64,000 bases of DNA from Sulfuritalea sp. (GTDB taxonomy: Bacteria; Pseudomonadota; Gammaproteobacteria; Burkholderiales; Rhodocyclaceae): assembly GCA_034376265.1 (NCBI GenBank), contig JAXMJU010000179.1, forward strand, positions 4,664 through 68,663, read 5' to 3'. Below the pieces are notes generated by a model that ran no database searches, was not told where the DNA came from, and saw only the letters and a program-made list of their open reading frames with translations. Each line of letters begins with the position of its first letter. Within the stretch, counting starts at the first letter, position 1. Of this stretch, positions 26,634 to 37,278 are shown one piece after another. Position numbers and translations under genes: made by a program.

Positions 26634-26676
26634 GACAAAGAACGAAGAACCGCAGTGCTAAAATCCGCGACCCGAC

Positions 26677-26766
26677 GGATGGGTGGCAGAGCGGTTGAAT
26701 GCACCGGTCTTGAAAACCGGCGAAGGTGCAAGCCTTCCGTGGGTTCGAATCCCACCCCATCCGCCA
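26677..26766 (+). tRNA. tRNA-Ser (TGA)
   Basis: GGATGGG acceptor; CCGGT-CTTGAAA-ACCGG anticodon arm; long variable arm; GGTTCGAATCC; CCA end. Confidence 0.97.
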
Positions 26767-26915
26767 GCCAGCCAACAAGCTGCGCCTTTCGCGGCGCTTG
26801 GTATCGGCGTGCAAATGGCGTCGACCAAATCGTTGATTACCGTCCTGTCAGCGCCAACTCTTGGGCATCGCCGCAACTTGTCCGCAACTCAGCGCTGCCC
26901 TGGAACGCTCATGCC

Positions 26916-27488
26916 TCACTCCCCGCGCGCGGATGACCGGTGATTCCTTGCCTCGACGGATACAAAGTCATTCGGGAACGGTGCCGGGGAACGAACAACT
27001 TGTGCCCCCTCTTGGCTTTTGCCATCGCTTTCGAGAACTATCGTCCCGTCGCGAATCAGTATCCGACGGGCAGGCACGATGCCTTCACGGTTGAGTTCGC
27101 CGCGCGACAGGCCTTGTCTCATGGACGATCCGGCGGATGTCATTTCAGTCGCCAGATTCCGTTGCAGGCGGAGCCTCGGCGGCTCGCTGGCGGCGACCGG
27201 GCGCCGGGCGGATAGGGCAGCCGTTCCCGCCGGGGGCGGGCGGGCGGCGGCCCGCGACGTTCCCAGGGTCACCGCCGATCGCAGCCCCATCCACTCGTCG
27301 CTCGCGCCATCTCTTGGCATGATGAATACTTCTGTCGTTGAGGCGGCGAAGGTAGCAGGGGCGGCGACCAAATCGCCGGCGTGGGCGAATCGCATGGCGG
27401 CCGCACACAGCATTGCGACAACCAGCCTCGTGAGCAGTCGCAGCAATACCGGGATAGATCCTGAGTCCAGCCTTGCAGTCAGAACCAT
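26916..27488 (-). CDS. Hypothetical protein (possible signal peptide)
   Basis: ORF directly downstream of and co-oriented with 27492..27917; AHA-G cleavage-like site; no recognisable domain. Confidence 0.35.
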   Translation of the reverse strand: MVLTARLDSGSIPVLLRLLTRLVVAMLCAAAMRFAHAGDLVAAPATFAASTTEVFIMPRDGASDEWMGLRSAVTLGTSRAAARPPPAGTAALSARRPVAASEPPRLRLQRNLATEMTSAGSSMRQGLSRGELNREGIVPARRILIRDGTIVLESDGKSQEGAQVVRSPAPFPNDFVSVEARNHRSSARGE

Positions 27489-27491
27489 GTC

Positions 27492-27917
27492 TCAAAAATT
27501 ATTGTTCAACATCCACTCGCGACCGCACTTCTTGCATTGCGCTCGCAGCCAAATGCCGCCACCGTGATTCTCCAATGCCGGATCGCCGCCATCCGGCAGC
27601 GGCGCCGGCCCCGAAGACATAACCGCAAACTTGGCGTAGGCGCTGCAACTGGGGCATACCGCCTGCTCGCCAAGCCGTTCCGCGACTTCAAGCATCAAAC
27701 GATAACGTTTCCAGCTGTACAAGGTGACGGCCAGCCCGCCCAACAGCAAGAGCAGCCCCGGCGTGCGCGAGGCGGTTCTCTCTCCAAGCAGTTCCATTCC
27801 GCTGACCAGGACGATGACGCCAAGAAACCAGCTGATCAGCCAGGCGTGGCACTCGATCAGTTGCCGCTCGTACCAGCGCCGGAAGCCATCCGTACGTATC
27901 CGATCGAGCGACGCCAC
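27492..27917 (-). CDS. Small membrane protein with two TM helices and a CxxC..CxxC zinc ribbon
   Basis: GTG start after GGGAGG; two hydrophobic segments; CPSC and CKKC..W. Confidence 0.7.
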   Translation of the reverse strand: MASLDRIRTDGFRRWYERQLIECHAWLISWFLGVIVLVSGMELLGERTASRTPGLLLLLGGLAVTLYSWKRYRLMLEVAERLGEQAVCPSCSAYAKFAVMSSGPAPLPDGGDPALENHGGGIWLRAQCKKCGREWMLNNNF

Positions 27918-28146
27918 GATACCTCCCCTGATTTGGTGTGGTCAGCTTAGACTCCCCAAGTAACCTGTGCAACCGAATTCCGCTGACGACCAATGCTGCA
28001 GTGTTCAGCAGCGGCATGCCAATCAGCGCGCAACAATCCCCCGCGACAATTTTGCAGCGCATTGCCGCCGGGCCAGCATCTGGAACTCGGCCACCCCGCG
28101 GCTGTCCAATTCAACGGAATCATCTTCAAGGAGGGTTTCAAAGACC

Positions 28147-28833
28147 ATGGAAAACGTACACAGCTATCCGCAAACCGCTACGCTGGACCGCGCACAGCAT
28201 CGGGTCCTGCGTAATACCTATGCCTTGCTTGCCCTGTCTATGGTACCGACGATTGCCGGAGCCTTGCTCGGGGTGCAGTTGAAGTTCAGCTTCCTTGCCG
28301 GCAACCCATTTATCGCCTTCATGCTGTTCCTCGGCGTGGCCTTCGGTTTCATGTGGGGCATTGAGCGCACCAAGAACAGCGGCATGGGCGTCGCGCTGTT
28401 GCTGGGTTTCACTTTCTTTATGGGCCTGATGCTTTCGCGCATCCTGCAAGTCGCGCTTGGATTTTCCAACGGCGGCACGCTGATCGCCATGGCGGCCGGC
28501 GGGACTGGCGCGATCTTCGTTTCACTAGCGGGTGTTGCGGCCACCACCAAACGGGATTTTTCCAATCTCGGCAAGTTCCTGTTTTCCGGCGTGATCCTGT
28601 TGCTGGTCGCGATCGTGGCGAACATCTTCTTCCAGATTCCGGCACTGGCACTGGCAATTTCCGCTATTGCGGTAGTCCTCTTCTCCGCCTACATCCTTTA
28701 CGACATCAACCGCATCGTGCAGGGCGGCGAGACCAACTACATCACGGCAACCCTGGCCGTATATCTGGATGTCTACAACGTCTTTGTCAGCCTGCTGAAT
28801 CTGCTGATGGCGTTCACCGGGGACCGTGACTGA
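28147..28833 (+). CDS. yccA: Bax inhibitor-1/YccA family membrane protein
   Basis: VLRNTYALL; seven TM segments; GGETNYITATLAVYLDVYNVF. Confidence 0.92.
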   Translation: MENVHSYPQTATLDRAQHRVLRNTYALLALSMVPTIAGALLGVQLKFSFLAGNPFIAFMLFLGVAFGFMWGIERTKNSGMGVALLLGFTFFMGLMLSRILQVALGFSNGGTLIAMAAGGTGAIFVSLAGVAATTKRDFSNLGKFLFSGVILLLVAIVANIFFQIPALALAISAIAVVLFSAYILYDINRIVQGGETNYITATLAVYLDVYNVFVSLLNLLMAFTGDRD

Positions 28834-28871
28834 AGCAGAGTTGGCGCTGACGCAACGGCGATCCAGGTGTA

Positions 28872-28897
28872 AAAACGGCGACTTCGGTCGCCGTTTT
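28872..28897. terminator. Bidirectional intrinsic terminator
   Basis: AAAACGGCGAC-TTCG-GTCGCCGTTTT. Confidence 0.88.
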
Positions 28898-28912
28898 CCA
28901 TTCAACGACGGG

Positions 28913-30211
28913 TCATTTCCCGAATAAAGCGATCGACTCCAGATGCGAGGTATGCGGGAACATGTTGGCTATGCCGGCAGCCTGGAGACCATAGCCTTTT
29001 TCGTGTACCAGAACTGCCGCGTCGCGCGCAAGCGTGGCCGGGCTGCAGGATACGTAAACGATGCGGCGCGGGCCGCCTTCTGCGGGCAGCGCCTTGACCA
29101 GTGCTATCGCGCCTTCGCGCGGCGGATCGATCAGCAGTTTGTCGAAGGCGCCCAGCGCGGCAAAGCTTTGCTCGGTCGCCGCGAACAGGTTGGCAACGGC
29201 AAATTCGCAGCGCGACGCGAGGCCATTGTGGGTCGCGTTTTGCCGGGCTCGGCTGACCAGCGCGGCGCTGCCCTCGACGCCCAGCACAGTCGCCCCCATG
29301 CGCGCGACAGGCAGGGTGAAGTTGCCCAGACCGCAAAACAGATCCGCAATCCTCTCCCCGCCCTGCGGCTTCAACAGAGCCATGGCGCGGCGCACCAGCA
29401 TGCGGTTCACGCCATGATTGACCTGGGTGAATTCGGTCGGATGGAACAGCAACTCGAGGCCGAAGTCGGGCAGTTCGTAGCTCAGCAAGCTCGCATCGGC
29501 CGGATGGAACAGCACCACGGTATCCGGGCCCCCTGCCTGCAAATACCAAATGATCCCGTGCTCGTCGGCAAACTGCCGCAATCGATCCAGATCGTCGGAC
29601 GTCAATGGCTCCAGATGGCGCAACAACAGCACCGTGCGCGAACCGCCCACGGCTACCTCGATCTGCGGCATGCGGTCCGGTTGCGACATGCCCTCGACCA
29701 GGATCTTGAGCGCAGGGATCAATGCGGATACATTCGGCGGCAAGACGGGGCAGGAATCCATCAACGCCACATAGCTGCTGTGCTTTTCGCGAAAGCCGAT
29801 CAGTGCGCCGCCTTTGCTTGCCACGTAGCGCACCGAGAGACGGGCGCGCAGCCGATAGCCCCAGCCGGTGCCAGCAATCGGCGGCAGGAGTTGTTCGGGC
29901 TTGAGGCGGGCGATATGCCAGAGGGCATCTTCCAGCACGCGCTGCTTGGCGGCGGTTTGGCCGGCCAGATGCAGGTGCTGCATCGAGCAGCCACCGCAGG
30001 TGCCGAAGTGCGGACAAGGCGGCGCCACCCGCTGGCTCGATCCGTGCAAGACGCGCAGGACATGAGCCTTTTCGTAACTCGGTTTGCGCCGGTAACTGGC
30101 GTAGTCGACCGCTTCGCCGGGTAGTGCGCCTTCGATGAAAATCGCCTTGCCATCAACGTGCGCGACGCCGCGTCCTTCGTGATCCAGGGATTCGATATCT
30201 GCTAGCGGCAT
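28913..30211 (-). CDS. rlmD: 23S rRNA (uracil1939-C5)-methyltransferase
   Basis: TRAM domain; [44 protein letters not shown]. Confidence 0.95.
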   Translation of the reverse strand: MPLADIESLDHEGRGVAHVDGKAIFIEGALPGEAVDYASYRRKPSYEKAHVLRVLHGSSQRVAPPCPHFGTCGGCSMQHLHLAGQTAAKQRVLEDALWHIARLKPEQLLPPIAGTGWGYRLRARLSVRYVASKGGALIGFREKHSSYVALMDSCPVLPPNVSALIPALKILVEGMSQPDRMPQIEVAVGGSRTVLLLRHLEPLTSDDLDRLRQFADEHGIIWYLQAGGPDTVVLFHPADASLLSYELPDFGLELLFHPTEFTQVNHGVNRMLVRRAMALLKPQGGERIADLFCGLGNFTLPVARMGATVLGVEGSAALVSRARQNATHNGLASRCEFAVANLFAATEQSFAALGAFDKLLIDPPREGAIALVKALPAEGGPRRIVYVSCSPATLARDAAVLVHEKGYGLQAAGIANMFPHTSHLESIALFGK

Positions 30212-30375
30212 GATGAAGTCGGAGCCTGTTCAGCAAAAGGGGGCGATTATAATCGGCGCCTGAATCCTGGTCTTGTCGCTTTGCCCGGCAGGAAGATGCC
30301 CGTGTCTGCCACCGCAACCCGCGACAGTCCAGGGCATTCCGAAATCGGCGATCAGGAGATTCGAGCAGCTTCGTC

Positions 30376-30858
30376 ATGGTTCCCAACTATCAATTGCTGA
30401 CCAGCGAAGCCGATTACCGCCAGGCCTGCGATACGATTCTGACCAGGGCGGAACGTGAAATCCTGATTTTCGACCGCGATCTTGTTGCTTTGAAGTTCGA
30501 AGACACGGCACGTCTTGCGGCGTTGACGGATTTTCTGCGAGGCGGCGGCATACACGGGATACGCATGGTGCTGCACGATCCTGGTCCGCTGGAGCGTAAT
30601 TTGCCACGCCTGACGCGACTCATTTCCCGTTTTTCGCATGTAATCGACGTGCGTCAGAGCCCGGACAACCTTCGCCACCTGGCCGACACCCACATACTGG
30701 CGGACGAAAGCCATGGCGTCCGCCGGTTTCACGCCGATCAACCGCGTAGCGCGTTGATCCTCGACGCCCCCACCTACATCAATCCCTGGCGGCAACGCTT
30801 CGAGGAACTTTGGGAACTGTCCCATCCCTGCCTGCAGATCAATACGACCGGCCTTTGA
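30376..30858 (+). CDS. Conserved hypothetical protein
   Basis: 160-aa globular-looking ORF with AGGAG RBS; no confident family assignment. Confidence 0.65.
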   Translation: MVPNYQLLTSEADYRQACDTILTRAEREILIFDRDLVALKFEDTARLAALTDFLRGGGIHGIRMVLHDPGPLERNLPRLTRLISRFSHVIDVRQSPDNLRHLADTHILADESHGVRRFHADQPRSALILDAPTYINPWRQRFEELWELSHPCLQINTTGL

Positions 30859-30884
30859 GAGGACAAATTAATATTTCGCAGATT

Positions 30885-31938
30885 CCAGCAATTCTCAATT
30901 CAAAATCTGACTTTGCAAGACGGCGAGGAAGGCAGTGAACGTCGTGCATTACGCCAGAGAATAGGGGCGGCAATCGCTCTCTGTTCCGTGATGACAAAAT
31001 AGTGCTTGTAAACAGTTTGTTATGATGTTAACGTCGCTCTGTCGGCCGTTCGACAGATCACGAGTTACCGCTATCAGTCCAGCTGTTCGCCCACCCTCTG
31101 CGCCATTGAGCGCCGCGATTCTGATTCAGCGGATTGGTGCGGTTTTTTCAGGTCTGCCGGACACGCGAGGTAAGAGCAACAACCAGCGCTATGTCATGCA
31201 AGATGCGGCGCTGTCTGCCTTCTCGATATTCATTACCCAAAGCCCGTCGTTCCTCGACAGCCAGGTGCGAATGCAAAAGCAGCAGGGCAAGAACAACGCC
31301 GCATCGCTCTTTGGGGTCCATGAGATTCCCAGCGACAACCAGATTCGTAATGTGCTTGATCCGGTGCCGCCGGAAACGCTGTTCCCGCTCATGGCCACAA
31401 TCAGCGACGAGCTGTACCGTGATGGCTATCTCGACGACTTCCGCTCGATCAACGGCACTATGCGGCATGGGGCGTCACTTATCTGGGCGACGATCTGTAT
31501 TGCCACCAGCGGCATTGCGAGCGGGTGCTTGGACAACACGCCAACTTCCTGTTTACCTGCAAGGAAGATCGAGAACGAGAATAACAACACGCTCAAAACC
31601 AAGGGCTACCACTTCGAACACAACTTCGGCCATGGCAAGCAGCATCTGTCGAACTTGTTTGCGACCATGATCCTGCTGGCCTTCCTGGTTCACACCACAC
31701 TTGACTGAATCGATGCACCCTACCGCGCCGTTCGCGACTCGCTCCCGTCTCGACGGACATTCTTCGAGCATTTGCGCGCCTTGATCCACTACTTGCCGTT
31801 CAATGATTGGAATCATCGGATGCAGTTCATGATCAAACGCCCCAACCCCGAGCCGCGCGACACCGGCTAGACGACCCCCACCATCACCCAGTTACATCCA
31901 TCCATACTTCAACCTGATTTAAAATTGAGAATTGCTGG
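30885..31938. mobile_element. Decayed insertion sequence (DDE transposase, ISNCY/IS4-like) with terminal inverted repeats
   Basis: CCAGCAATTCTCAATT at 30885 and its reverse complement ending at 31938 (16-bp perfect, imperfect further in); encloses transposase fragments. Confidence 0.85.
31022..31870 (+). pseudogene. Transposase pseudogene (internal deletions, frameshift, premature stop)
   Basis: DAALSAFSIF.TQSPSFL..IPSDNQIR; out-of-frame LGDDLYCHQ segment near 31480; KIENENNNTLKTKGYHFEHNFGHG; TGA at 31706 with similarity-like frame continuing to TAG 31870. Confidence 0.85.
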
Positions 31939-33136
31939 CTGCAGGTGCCTTCTCGGCGGATGCATCCGGCGCCGGCGGGCTCTGCCGATCGAGCCATTCG
32001 AGTACCTGCCTGGCCTGGGCAACGCCATTGGCTTCGGCCTGAACAAGCAAGGCACGCGCCTTTGCAGGATCCTTCCGGTCGCCGACCCCGACGGCCCAAA
32101 GGCGGCCCGCGTTGAACTGGGCCGACCCCAGCCCGCGTGCCGCCGCACGTTCATACCAGGTCAAGGCTTCATCCAGATTCGCAGTCGTGCCACGGCCCAT
32201 TTCATGAATTTCGCCGAGGTTGTTCTGCGCATCGGCATCCCCCTGCTCCGCTGCCAGTTTGTACAAGCGTGTTGCCCTGGACACATCGACGGGCCCTCCT
32301 TGACCGTTCATCAGCAGGTAGGCCAGCAGAGTTTGGGCGCGGGACCGGCCCTGGCTGGCAGATTGGGCCAAGTAAGCCCTGGCACAGGCAAAGTCCTTCT
32401 CTTTGGCCCCGAACTCGCCCAGGCAGCGACGTCCCATCCATTCCTGCGCGGTCGCATGTCCTCTCCCGGCGGCACGGTCCATTAGCACCCAGGCCTTGTC
32501 GGACGAGGTTTCCATCAGGCATTGGGCCGCGTGCCAGGCGGCTGGCGCGAACTGCTCCGCCGCCGCAAGAAATTCGGTGCAGGATTTTTCCGCATCCTTC
32601 TGCAACAGGATGCCGCGGCCCAGAAGAAAGCCACTGGCCTGACTGGCCCGCAGATCGCCTTTCTGCGACATTTTCTGTATGCGCCAACCCGTGTCATGCA
32701 GATCCTCGCGGAGTTTCCGCGACAGACGCTCGGCTTTGATCGAATTGCCCACCGCCTCCGCATCCAACAACAAGTCGATGAGTGCCACCGCAGCGCGCGC
32801 GAGGCGCACTCGTGCCCCGACATCGCGCGGGTTGGCGGCCAGAATCCGGCGCGAGACGGCGACCTCGGCATCCAGACTGCTTTCGTCCGGCGGGTAGAAA
32901 CCGGAGGTACGTACGGAACTTATGGTGTGACTCGTCTGGGTCGCCTTGGACTTGGACTTGGACTTGGATTTCGCCTTGGATTTCGCCTTGGCCTTGAGCT
33001 TGGCCTTGGCTTTGGCGCTAGTGGTGACGCCAGGCTTGGCGTCTGCCTTGGCCTTGGTCGACACGGCAGAGTGCGCGGGTGCAAGCACCAGCCAGAACGT
33101 CAGAATAAAACAGATTAACTTTGCGATCGCCGTCAT
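31919..33136 (-). CDS. Secreted Sel1-like repeat protein with Lys/Ala/Ser-rich N-terminal tract
   Basis: ATG 33136 with signal ending AHS; AAEQGDADAQNNLG, AAARGLGSAQFNAG repeats; stop codon lies inside the IS inverted repeat. Confidence 0.85.
   Translation of the reverse strand: MTAIAKLICFILTFWLVLAPAHSAVSTKAKADAKPGVTTSAKAKAKLKAKAKSKAKSKSKSKSKATQTSHTISSVRTSGFYPPDESSLDAEVAVSRRILAANPRDVGARVRLARAAVALIDLLLDAEAVGNSIKAERLSRKLREDLHDTGWRIQKMSQKGDLRASQASGFLLGRGILLQKDAEKSCTEFLAAAEQFAPAAWHAAQCLMETSSDKAWVLMDRAAGRGHATAQEWMGRRCLGEFGAKEKDFACARAYLAQSASQGRSRAQTLLAYLLMNGQGGPVDVSRATRLYKLAAEQGDADAQNNLGEIHEMGRGTTANLDEALTWYERAAARGLGSAQFNAGRLWAVGVGDRKDPAKARALLVQAEANGVAQARQVLEWLDRQSPPAPDASAEKAPAASNSQF
32945..33016. 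repeat. 6-bp repeat tract encoding KAKAKLKAKAKSKAKSKSKSKSK
   Basis: (CTTGGA)x4 at 32945-32968 followed by degenerate CTTGGC/TTTCGC units. Confidence 0.8.
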
Positions 33137-33153
33137 GCCAGGCCGGAGCCGGA

Positions 33154-34236
33154 TCACACAGAGAGGGGCCGAATCAGGCGCCGGGTGATCGCCTGCAGGC
33201 CTTTCGGGTTCGCCAGTCCGACCACATAGCTGCCCCAGAGCCCGAGGAATCCGAAAAACATCACGGCTTCCGGAGCGCCATAACGTTCGGCCGCGATACC
33301 GATCGTGCCAAACATCAGTGAAAAGCCCATCTTGATCGCCACCACTTGATTCACCGAATAACCCGCCTTCAGCAGGATGTGGTGCATGTGCTGTTGATCC
33401 GCGTGAAAGGGACTTTTCCGTTGGGACAAGCGCAGCAGCATGACGCTGCCCATTTCGAGCAGCGGTACCGCCAGAATCCATACGGCAGTAATCGGATTGA
33501 TTGCCGATGCAGGTGATCCGGCGAGCTTGACGGAATACCAGGCCAGCAGCATCCCGATCACCATGCCGCCGGTATCGCCCATGAAGACCAGCGCCTTGCG
33601 GCGTCCGGCCAGCCTGACATTGAGCGACAGGAAGCCGAGAATCGTTCCGGCAAACAGCAACAGCTCGAACAACATCCCCGTCGCATCTCCGGTCGCTGCC
33701 AGGAATGCCAGGAACATGACCGGAACCAGGGAGACACTGCCGGCAAGCCCATCCAGGCCGTCGATCATGTTGATCGCGTTCATAACGCCGACGAATGCGA
33801 TGATCGTGACCAGCAGCGACCATTTGCCCAGATCGATGGCGCCGAGCCCCGCCAGGTCCCCAAGGTTCGTCACCCAGACCGATGTGCCGGAAACGATCAC
33901 AACTGCACCCAGGGCCTGGGCCACGAATTTGGCGCGGTGGCTGAGTTCGTGCGCATCGTCAGCCACGCCGATGGCCGTAACCAGCAGCAAGGCAATCAGC
34001 AGGCTCCAGCTTTCGAAGGGCACGCGGCCGACCGCGACTTGAAGCACGATCAGCGTCAGCAACATGGCCAGTCCGCCCACCAGCGGGGTCGGATGGTCAT
34101 GCACCTTGCGATGTCCCGGGTGATCGATCAGGCCCCAGCGCGCGGCCGGAACCATCAGTGCACGGGTCAACCCAGCCGCCAAAACCGGTGCCAGCACAAC
34201 CGCGAGCCACTTTCCCTGTGCCAGGAAATCGAGCAT
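33154..34236 (-). CDS. wecA: Undecaprenyl-phosphate GlcNAc-1-phosphate transferase (WecA/MraY family)
   Basis: RKVH..PTPLVGG; GVADD; NAINMIDGLDGL; FMGDTG; PFHADQQHMHH. Confidence 0.88.
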   Translation of the reverse strand: MLDFLAQGKWLAVVLAPVLAAGLTRALMVPAARWGLIDHPGHRKVHDHPTPLVGGLAMLLTLIVLQVAVGRVPFESWSLLIALLLVTAIGVADDAHELSHRAKFVAQALGAVVIVSGTSVWVTNLGDLAGLGAIDLGKWSLLVTIIAFVGVMNAINMIDGLDGLAGSVSLVPVMFLAFLAATGDATGMLFELLLFAGTILGFLSLNVRLAGRRKALVFMGDTGGMVIGMLLAWYSVKLAGSPASAINPITAVWILAVPLLEMGSVMLLRLSQRKSPFHADQQHMHHILLKAGYSVNQVVAIKMGFSLMFGTIGIAAERYGAPEAVMFFGFLGLWGSYVVGLANPKGLQAITRRLIRPLSV

Positions 34237-34568
34237 GTCACCCCTTATCAAACCTATCGGTTACCGGAAGCGGTAGGCATCGAGTCGGGGCCGCTCGGAG
34301 CTCCCAACCGGCTGCAACCCAATTCAATTATTCTAGCCCAAAGCGCGGGCGCCCGATTCAAGTCTGCCTGTGCGGCGGCGGGCCGTGCACCCACCACTCG
34401 GCCATGCGCCGAACGAGGCCGCCGTGCCGGATGTCTGGTTGGATTTCTCCGGCGATCGTTCCATCCCGCGCCGCGCCGGACAGATACTAATCGACAAGCA
34501 GGCGTTCCGCGATCAGGAAGTTCGCGACGCGCGGTGCTCCAAGCAGACAGCTAATACCAAAGGAGTAG

Positions 34569-34907
34569 ATGTCGGCAAGTTCGCCGGTGCGGGTCACAAG
34601 CAGGTCGCGCTGGAACAGATGGAATTGTCGCGACTGCGGGCGGCGCTCCGCGCGTAGACTGCTGCGTCCGCAGCAAGCGACGGAAGCAGCGGCGCCGGCC
34701 CGGCTTCCGATAGTCGGGTTGCCCCCCAGCGCCCTCAAGTGCAACCGCGAAATCTGCATTACCGCCGGAATGGATCACTACCTCGTCAAACCTTTCAGCG
34801 CGACACGCAATCTCGGCCGGCGCATGGCTGCGATCCGGCAGGAATATGCGGCGGTGCAGTTGGCTGTCGAGGCGGCGCGCTCCGGTGGTGAAGGGACGTC
34901 GGCCTGA
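34569..34907 (+). pseudogene. Remnant of a receiver (REC) domain from a hybrid sensor kinase
   Basis: RLPIVGLPPSALKCNREICITAGMDHYLVKPFS (34701-34799) resembles the REC C-terminal half; no start codon context or phospho-Asp region. Confidence 0.5.
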
Positions 34908-34928
34908 ACGAGCTTCGTCGCGCCGAAT

Positions 34929-35690
34929 TCAGCCCCCGCTTCCCGGCGGCTGCGGACGCAGCAGATTCATGAAGTCTCCCGGTACCGGGAAGACGACGGT
35001 GTTGGTTTTGTCGCCGGCGATGCCAGCGAGCGTCTGCAAATAGCGCAGCTGCATGGCCTGCGGTTGTCGGGCGAGAATTTCCGCCGCTGCCAGCAACTTC
35101 TCCGCGGCCTGCAATTCGCCTTCCGCATGGATGACCTTGGCACGCCGCTCACGCTCCGCCTCTGCCTGCTTGGCGATGGCGCGTACCATGGACTCGTCGA
35201 TGTCCACGTGCTTGATCTCGACATTGGAGACCTTGATGCCCCAGGCGTCGGTCTGCGTGTCCAGGGCCTGCTGGATATCGATGTTGAGGGTCTCGCGCTC
35301 GGCCAGCATCTGGTCCAGCTCGTGCTTGCCCAGCACCGAACGCAGGGTGGTCTGCGCGAGCTGGCTGGTGGCGTTCAGGTAGTCTTCCACCTGCAGGATG
35401 GACTTGGCCGGATCGATGACGCGGAAATACACCACCGCATTGACCTTTACCGATACATTGTCGCGCGAGATCACATCCTGGCTGGGCACGTCGAACACCA
35501 CGGTGCGCAGGTCCACCCGCACCATCTGCTGTACGCCGGGAATCACCAGCACCAGGCCCGGCCCCTTGACTTTCCAGAAGCGTCCGAGCATGAACACGAT
35601 GCCGCGCTGGTATTCGCGCAGTATGCGAAAGCTGGAGGCGACCAGCGCCGCCGCAGCCAACAAGGCCGTCAGGCCACCGATTTCAAACAT
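34929..35690 (-). CDS. Slipin (SPFH/stomatin) family protein
   Basis: [47 protein letters not shown]. Confidence 0.93.
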   Translation of the reverse strand: MFEIGGLTALLAAAALVASSFRILREYQRGIVFMLGRFWKVKGPGLVLVIPGVQQMVRVDLRTVVFDVPSQDVISRDNVSVKVNAVVYFRVIDPAKSILQVEDYLNATSQLAQTTLRSVLGKHELDQMLAERETLNIDIQQALDTQTDAWGIKVSNVEIKHVDIDESMVRAIAKQAEAERERRAKVIHAEGELQAAEKLLAAAEILARQPQAMQLRYLQTLAGIAGDKTNTVVFPVPGDFMNLLRPQPPGSGG

Positions 35691-37035
35691 GTTCGCTCTC
35701 CTTGCTCCGTGAGTCGATCGGCTCCACGTCCAGGGTCAGACCGTGTCGCGCCCCGACTCTTACCCTTGTCCCGCGCGCCAACGCAACGCGACTGCGTACC
35801 CGCCATCGCTCGCCGTGCACGCGCGCCCAACCTCCGCTTTCCCCAGGTTCGATGTCTTCCAGAACCTCGCCCTCGCTGCCCGCCATTGCCTCGGTGCCGG
35901 TCAGCACCGGCCGCCCGCGCGCGCGCAGCACCATGCCGCCGACGCCTATGCTGAGCAGGGCGGAAACCCCCGCCAGCGGCGCGATCAACATCCAGGAAAC
36001 GCCAAATCCCGGCAGGTCGGTGTCGATCAGCATCACCGAGCCGAGCACAAACGCAACGATGCCGCCCAGGCCCAGCACGCCGAAGCTGGGCAGAAATGCC
36101 TCCGTCAGCATCATTGCGACGCCGAGTATGATCAACGCCAAACCGACGTAGCTGACAGGCATCAATTGCAGTGCGAACAGGGCCAGCAACAGGCAGATGC
36201 CGCCGACCACGCCGGGGAACAGCATGCCGGGGTTCATGAATTCATAAATCAAGCCGTAGATACCCAGCAACAACAAAACGTAGGCGATGCTGGGGTCGCC
36301 GATCACGGCGAGCAGGCGGCTGCGCCAATCGGGTTCGACGCGGGTGACGGCAAGCGCGACGGTATCCAGCGTGATCTCCCCAGTGGCCAGCTTTATCTTG
36401 CGGCCATGAACCTGCTTCAGCAGGTCGCCGAGGTCGGCCGCTACCACATCCACCACCTTCTGCTTCAGCGCCGCATCGGCCGAAAGGCTCACCCCCTCGC
36501 GCACCGCGCGTTCCGCCCAGTCCACGTTGCGTCCGCGCAATTCGGCCAGGCCCCGGATGTAGGCGCTGGCGTCATTGACCGCTTTCTTGGTCCTGGCATC
36601 CTGCGGCGGCGTAGCCGCGGGTTTCTCTCCTTTCTTCTCCGGCACGCCGCCGGGTGCGCTCCCCGGCATCAGTTCCACCGGCGTCGCCGCACCCAGGTTG
36701 GTGGCAGGAGCCATGGCGGCGATATGACTGGCATAAAGAATGTAGGTGCCGGCGCTGGCAGCGCGTGCACCCTGAGGCGCGACGTAAGTCGCCACCGGCA
36801 CGCGGGAGGCAAGGATCGCCTTGATGATGTCGCGCATCGAGGTGTCCAGGCCCCCGGGCGTGTCCAGCTCGATCACCACCAGTTTGGCCTCCGCTGCGAT
36901 GGCTTTTTCGATGCCGCGCGCCACAAAATCGGCGCTGGCGGGCCCGATGGCGCCCCGCACCGACAGTACGTGGACAGAGGCTGCCCATGAAGACGATGCA
37001 AACCAGAGGCCAAGGAGAAACAGCAACAGACGCAT
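35683..37035 (-). CDS. nfeD: NfeD family membrane-bound serine protease
   Basis: [25 protein letters not shown] block; C-terminal OB domain VHGERW. Confidence 0.92.
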   Translation of the reverse strand: MRLLLFLLGLWFASSSWAASVHVLSVRGAIGPASADFVARGIEKAIAAEAKLVVIELDTPGGLDTSMRDIIKAILASRVPVATYVAPQGARAASAGTYILYASHIAAMAPATNLGAATPVELMPGSAPGGVPEKKGEKPAATPPQDARTKKAVNDASAYIRGLAELRGRNVDWAERAVREGVSLSADAALKQKVVDVVAADLGDLLKQVHGRKIKLATGEITLDTVALAVTRVEPDWRSRLLAVIGDPSIAYVLLLLGIYGLIYEFMNPGMLFPGVVGGICLLLALFALQLMPVSYVGLALIILGVAMMLTEAFLPSFGVLGLGGIVAFVLGSVMLIDTDLPGFGVSWMLIAPLAGVSALLSIGVGGMVLRARGRPVLTGTEAMAGSEGEVLEDIEPGESGGWARVHGERWRVRSRVALARGTRVRVGARHGLTLDVEPIDSRSKESEHV

Positions 37036-37278
37036 GGCACCTCCCATTGACTCGGGCCGCTGCTCCGGCAGGCCACCAAGCCAAGCCAAACACTGGACTG
37101 ATTGAGGAATGTCGCCAACCAGGGAGTTTTGTCCCTGTCAATTTTTGATCTTAGCCTTAACGCCAAAAGTGACAAGTTCACCGCGATGCAGACGAACGCT
37201 ATGTTCCCGTCCCGCGGGATGAAACCAAGCCGCTTGGCCTTGCGCCTGCTTTTCCATGCGCCCGACGGGGCGCGTCTA

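Noticed and set aside
26677..26920. tRNA-Ser as an island integration site
   Set aside because: No integrase and no duplicated tRNA 3' end seen in the window
31919..33823. 634-aa ORF as listed in the track
   Set aside because: The 5' part overlaps wecA out of frame; the real start is ATG 33136 with a signal peptide
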